A stretch of 30,732 nucleotides of DNA from a virus. Its lineage: Duplodnaviria; Caudoviricetes. The notes under the pieces were generated by a model. The model was not told where the DNA came from. It saw only the letters and a program-made list of their open reading frames with translations, and did not search any database. Below are positions 27,658 to 30,732 of this stretch, in pieces. Position 1 is the stretch's first letter, and every line of letters starts with the position of its first letter. The stretch is from positions 1 through 30,732 of IMG/VR virus record IMGVR_UViG_3300037420_000585; one strand, given 5' to 3'. The translations under genes were made by a program, and so were the position numbers.

Positions 27658-28988
27658 ACCGCTATCTCCTCGCCCTGCTGGCCACGGCGTGCATCTCCGT
27701 TCCTGCCCAAGCCAAGGTCTGCCGCGACAGTCACGGACGATTCGTGAAGTGCCCAACGCAGACTTGCTCTGACGGCACGGTGATTCCGCTGACCAGCACA
27801 TGCCCTACGCCTACCCCGACGCCGACACCAACCCCGACGCCTACGCCTACGCCTACGCCTACGCCTACGCCAGTTCCAACCACCATCGCTTATCCAGTGG
27901 TGTCGCCCAATGGCCTAAAAGGCGAGTTCGACGTCGCCGACAATTTCGATGTTCAGACGACGCTGATGCAAACCGTCGAGACGGTTCCCGCGAGTGCTGA
28001 TCCGGTCGGCGCGTTTCGCTTCACCTGCCTTGCCGGGCAACTCGCAAAGGATGACCCGATCGTCTATCCGGGACAGCCGGGCAAATCGCACCTTCATCAG
28101 TTCTTCGGCAACACTGCGACGAACGCCAATTCGACCTATCAGAGCTTGCGGACGAGCGGCGGTTCGACTTGCACGGTCAATGGACTCAGCGCGTCGCCGC
28201 AACGAACAGCCTACTGGATGCCGGCGATGCTCGACGGAGCGGGAAATGTCGTCAAGCCGGATTTCATCCTCACTTATTACAAGCAATTGCCCAACGGCAG
28301 TCCAGAATGCAAGGGAGCACCGGACGCCACCCATGTCGGATATTGCGTACCAATCCCGAACGGCACCAGGTTCATCGTCGGATACAATATGGCGACTGGA
28401 GAGGGCGGGCCGACATCAGATCCCAACGGCCCATTCTCTGCCGATTACTGGGGTGAGGGGTTCGAGTGCGAAAGCCCCGATCAGCAGACCTCAAGGACGG
28501 GTTTCAAGCACTCGTTCCAGGAGATAATCGACACCGGCAAGTGCCTTGTCGGCGACCACTTACGCGTGGCCATTGCGTTTCCTAGTTGCTGGGACGGCAA
28601 GAACCTGGACACTGCCGACCACCGTTCGCATTTGGCCTATCCGAACGGGGCCCTCATTGACAACTTCCTGCCCGCCTGTCCCGCGGATCATCCCTATTCG
28701 ATCCCGCAGATCGCTGAGCAAGTGTTCTTTCGCGTCGATGCCAATTTCCTCGCCGGTAAATGGGAATTGTCTTGCGACCAAATGACGGGCGGCAAGCCAA
28801 AGGGCGCCTGCCTTCACTTCGACTATTGGGAGGCTTGGTCTGCTCCCGTAAAGAACATGTGGCAGACCGGCTGCATCGACGGCCACCTAAGCTGCAATGT
28901 CGGGGAAATGGGCAACGGCCAGTCGATCATCGGAATGCAGCAAACACATCCCAACCATGTGCTGGTGCCGCTGTCGTCGATACCTTAA
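27654..28988 (+). CDS. Secreted DUF1996-domain protein with Pro-Thr linker
   Basis: Signal peptide MNRYLLALLATACISVPAQA; GAFRFTC..DDPIVYPGQPGKSHLHQFFGN, FPSCWDGKNLD..DHRSH, LHFDYWEAW; track start 27504 over-extended. Confidence 0.88.
   Translation: MNRYLLALLATACISVPAQAKVCRDSHGRFVKCPTQTCSDGTVIPLTSTCPTPTPTPTPTPTPTPTPTPTPTPVPTTIAYPVVSPNGLKGEFDVADNFDVQTTLMQTVETVPASADPVGAFRFTCLAGQLAKDDPIVYPGQPGKSHLHQFFGNTATNANSTYQSLRTSGGSTCTVNGLSASPQRTAYWMPAMLDGAGNVVKPDFILTYYKQLPNGSPECKGAPDATHVGYCVPIPNGTRFIVGYNMATGEGGPTSDPNGPFSADYWGEGFECESPDQQTSRTGFKHSFQEIIDTGKCLVGDHLRVAIAFPSCWDGKNLDTADHRSHLAYPNGALIDNFLPACPADHPYSIPQIAEQVFFRVDANFLAGKWELSCDQMTGGKPKGACLHFDYWEAWSAPVKNMWQTGCIDGHLSCNVGEMGNGQSIIGMQQTHPNHVLVPLSSIP
27804..27872 (+). 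repeat. Hexamer tandem repeat encoding a (PT)n linker
   Basis: CCNACN units including five perfect CCTACG copies at 27840-27869. Confidence 0.9.
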
Positions 28989-29245
28989 GCGGAGGTTGCT
29001 GCGCTGAAATCAACGCCAAGGTCCTGAAGCCATTTTACTGCGGAAACGCAATTCGCAACGGCATTGTCTCGCTCACGTCTGGCGTCATCCCTCTCCTTAA
29101 GCAGGGTAGAAATTGCTTCGGCTGCTTCGATCAGAGAATCAGCCGCCAGCAAGTGTATTGATGTCCCGCTGTCCTCAACCCAGAACGCGCGTAGCTGCCG
29201 AGCCGTGTCATTCCACGCGCAGATCAGCTTCTCATAGTCAGGCAT
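28985..29245 (-). CDS. Hypothetical protein (MPDYEKLICAWN...)
   Basis: GAGGA RBS; stop overlaps the convergent DUF1996 stop. Confidence 0.6.
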   Translation of the reverse strand: MPDYEKLICAWNDTARQLRAFWVEDSGTSIHLLAADSLIEAAEAISTLLKERDDARRERDNAVANCVSAVKWLQDLGVDFSAATSA

Positions 29246-29486
29246 TGGGCCGATATCCTCGCAGGAGGTGCGAAAGAGCATGATCTACCGACATCGTATC
29301 GAGAGCGTAGAAGTAGAGTTCGCTGGTCTCGCCGCGCAGCTTGTGCATCAGATATCGGTAGGTCGTTCCACCCTCGCGCGCCATAAGCTGCTCGCCGCTA
29401 CTTAGCGGAACTTGGTTGCCGTCTAACGGGCCGCCAATGCATGGGGCGTGGGTGAGCTTTGCGGCAGTCATCGAATCAGTCGGCAT
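29238..29486 (-). CDS. Hypothetical protein (CIGGPLDG motif)
   Basis: Common small phage protein motif; overlapping neighbours. Confidence 0.65.
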   Translation of the reverse strand: MPTDSMTAAKLTHAPCIGGPLDGNQVPLSSGEQLMAREGGTTYRYLMHKLRGETSELYFYALDTMSVDHALSHLLRGYRPNA

Positions 29487-29586
29487 TGCTTTCGTCCTTC
29501 AGGGCTTGGCAGGCGGCAAGCTTCTCGTGCAGACCAATCGCGCGCTCGACGAACGCTCGCACTTCTCCATCTTCACCTGTTGTCAT
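29476..29586 (-). CDS. Hypothetical protein (36 aa, MTTGEDGEVRAF...; not in ORF track)
   Basis: GAGGTG RBS; ATGA coupling. Confidence 0.55.
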   Translation of the reverse strand: MTTGEDGEVRAFVERAIGLHEKLAACQALKDESNAD

Positions 29587-29753
29587 GATGCACCTCGCTT
29601 AGCCTTGGGCGGGAGGGCGCGGAACATGCCGTGCCACTTGCCGGTGTTGCATTCGGAGCAGAGAACGGGCTGGCCCTTGGCTCTGTTATACCAGTAGGCA
29701 CCTAAAGCTGTGTTCTCGACGACACCGCATTTGGAGCAGTTAAACAGCGGCAT
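29583..29753 (-). CDS. Small zinc-finger protein (56 aa, MPLFNCSKCGVVENTALG...LCSECNTGKWHGMF; not in ORF track)
   Basis: GGAG RBS; two CxxC pairs. Confidence 0.75.
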   Translation of the reverse strand: MPLFNCSKCGVVENTALGAYWYNRAKGQPVLCSECNTGKWHGMFRALPPKAKRGAS

Positions 29754-30000
29754 CGGTATCTCCCGCTTCGAGCTTGGCGAGGAGGGCGTCCAAAGCGTCG
29801 ATTGCGTCGTCTAGCGATGGGGAACGATAGCCAGGAACCAATCCGATGCGCCTATCGACGACAGCTTGAGCGGCGTCCAGGAATAGTTCGATTGTATCGG
29901 CGGCGTCTGTCGCTCGCGCCGCTCCCCGCGCTCTACGCACCGCCGCCAATGTGCGTGGTCCTGCTTCTCGATGTGGGTTAGGTGTCATGCTGCTGGTCAT
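29740..30000 (-). CDS. Hypothetical protein (86 aa)
   Basis: Coupled overlaps with both neighbours. Confidence 0.55.
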   Translation of the reverse strand: MTSSMTPNPHREAGPRTLAAVRRARGAARATDAADTIELFLDAAQAVVDRRIGLVPGYRSPSLDDAIDALDALLAKLEAGDTDAAV

Positions 30001-30203
30001 TGGGCGTCCCCGCCTGCGGCGGTCGGGCTCTCATGCTTCGCACCATGCCCCTCTTCGGGGTCATGGCCTTCGGTTTCGATCCCTGACGCGGGGGAAATTG
30101 TTATTGTCAGGCCAATAAGCGGTGTCAGTTCCCAGACGAAGGCGAAGCTGACATCGCGCCCATGCGTTTCCAGGAGGCGCGCGAACGCTACTGAGTCGAT
30201 CAT
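29997..30203 (-). CDS. Hypothetical protein whose C-terminus is encoded by a structured DNA element
   Basis: ATGA coupling at both ends. Confidence 0.5.
   Translation of the reverse strand: MIDSVAFARLLETHGRDVSFAFVWELTPLIGLTITISPASGIETEGHDPEEGHGAKHESPTAAGGDAQ
30002..30092 (-). repeat. Multi-hairpin element B with c(GNA)g triloops
   Basis: Minus strand: GCGTC/GACGC outer stem; ccGAAgg, ccatg-cccc..gggg-catgg, tgcGAAgca, ccgccGCAggcgg. Confidence 0.65.
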
Positions 30204-30616
30204 GCTGCGGTCCCTTCAGGCTGGGCCGGGACGTATCCAGTCAGCGTCCGCGTAACCTTGTCCTTCGACCGCCACAGCATTGTGCTGAGCACCGTGTCTG
30301 GTTTTTTACCGTTCAGGATGATGCCTCGATTGGTGAGTGCGTCGAGCAGTTCGACGCGTTTCATTGGACGACCGGCTTCTTGGAGGATGGCAACAGCGGC
30401 CTCCGCAACTTCTTCCTTTGGCGGATTGGAAGTACGCGGAAGTGTGCGTTTGGCGTTCTCTCTCTTCTCGCTTGGCGGGACGGGAATGCCGGCGATTTCA
30501 AACCATGAAGCTATGAAGTGATTTAGCCGCTTGAGTTCGGCAGCAAGTGCGGGGATTTGCGCCTCTATTTCCCGACGCCGCTCTATGGCGGTATTAAGCG
30601 CGATGTCGCCGATCAT
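30200..30616 (-). CDS. Winged-helix (HARE-HTH-like) DNA-binding protein
   Basis: AGGAG RBS before ATG 30616; coiled-coil N-terminus, then AVAILQEAGRPMKRVELLDAL..RG...GKKP..VLSTMLWR. Confidence 0.75.
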   Translation of the reverse strand: MIGDIALNTAIERRREIEAQIPALAAELKRLNHFIASWFEIAGIPVPPSEKRENAKRTLPRTSNPPKEEVAEAAVAILQEAGRPMKRVELLDALTNRGIILNGKKPDTVLSTMLWRSKDKVTRTLTGYVPAQPEGTAA

Positions 30617-30634
30617 TGCCGCACTCCTGCGATA

Positions 30635-30710
30635 GCGATGCGATGCTGGCACGAAGACGCCGTAGGCGGCTGAGCCCCGAAGGGGTCGCAGCGCGGGCCG
30701 AAGGCATCGC
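30635..30710 (+). repeat. Multi-hairpin element A with c(GNA)g triloops
   Basis: GCGATG/CATCGC outer stem; cgccGTAggcg, ccccGAAgggg, gccGAAggc. Confidence 0.65.
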
Positions 30711-30732
30711 CAGAACTATGTCGGTTAGGCAT

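Larger units (their letters stand above)
1..30732. mobile_element. Partial genome of a P22-like podovirus or temperate prophage (alphaproteobacterial host likely)
   Basis: Contiguous replication, late regulator, packaging, head, short-tail, ejection, tailspike and lysis genes; no host housekeeping genes; att sites and integrase not seen in the window. Confidence 0.93.

Noticed and set aside
27804-27872. Tandem repeat as a CRISPR array or phase-variation switch
   Set aside because: No spacers, and the 6 nt unit preserves the reading frame

Overview
About 30.7 kb of a high-GC tailed phage or prophage, most likely infecting a Sphingomonadales-type alphaproteobacterium (inferred from a TQTCxDGxVI..xxCP motif and the gene families present). 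Left to right: (1) the end of a replication/recombination module (RusA-like, DnaA C-terminal HTH, GIY-YIG/T5orf172, DUF1376/YdaU); (2) a DUF6456/GafZ-like late regulator with a promoter and terminator-like leader; (3) an unusual cluster of fibre/decoration-like genes plus a secreted DUF1996 protein placed before the terminase; (4) a P22-like podovirus morphogenesis operon (terS, terL, portal, scaffold, N4-gp56-like capsid, adaptor, nozzle, acetyltransferase-like, three ejection proteins, tailspike); (5) an expanded lysis cassette (GH108 endolysin, holin candidates, two-component spanin) ending in a second secreted DUF1996 protein; (6) convergent small reverse-strand genes. No integrase, tRNA, rRNA or CRISPR was recognised. 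Top observations: a candidate programmed +1 frameshift (SD + hairpin + UUU CCC UGA) fusing an ejection protein to an M15 peptidase, two signal-peptide DUF1996 paralogues (one with nested virion-type domains), and paired multi-hairpin c(GNA)g elements on opposite strands. All family calls come from motif recognition by eye, not database searches.
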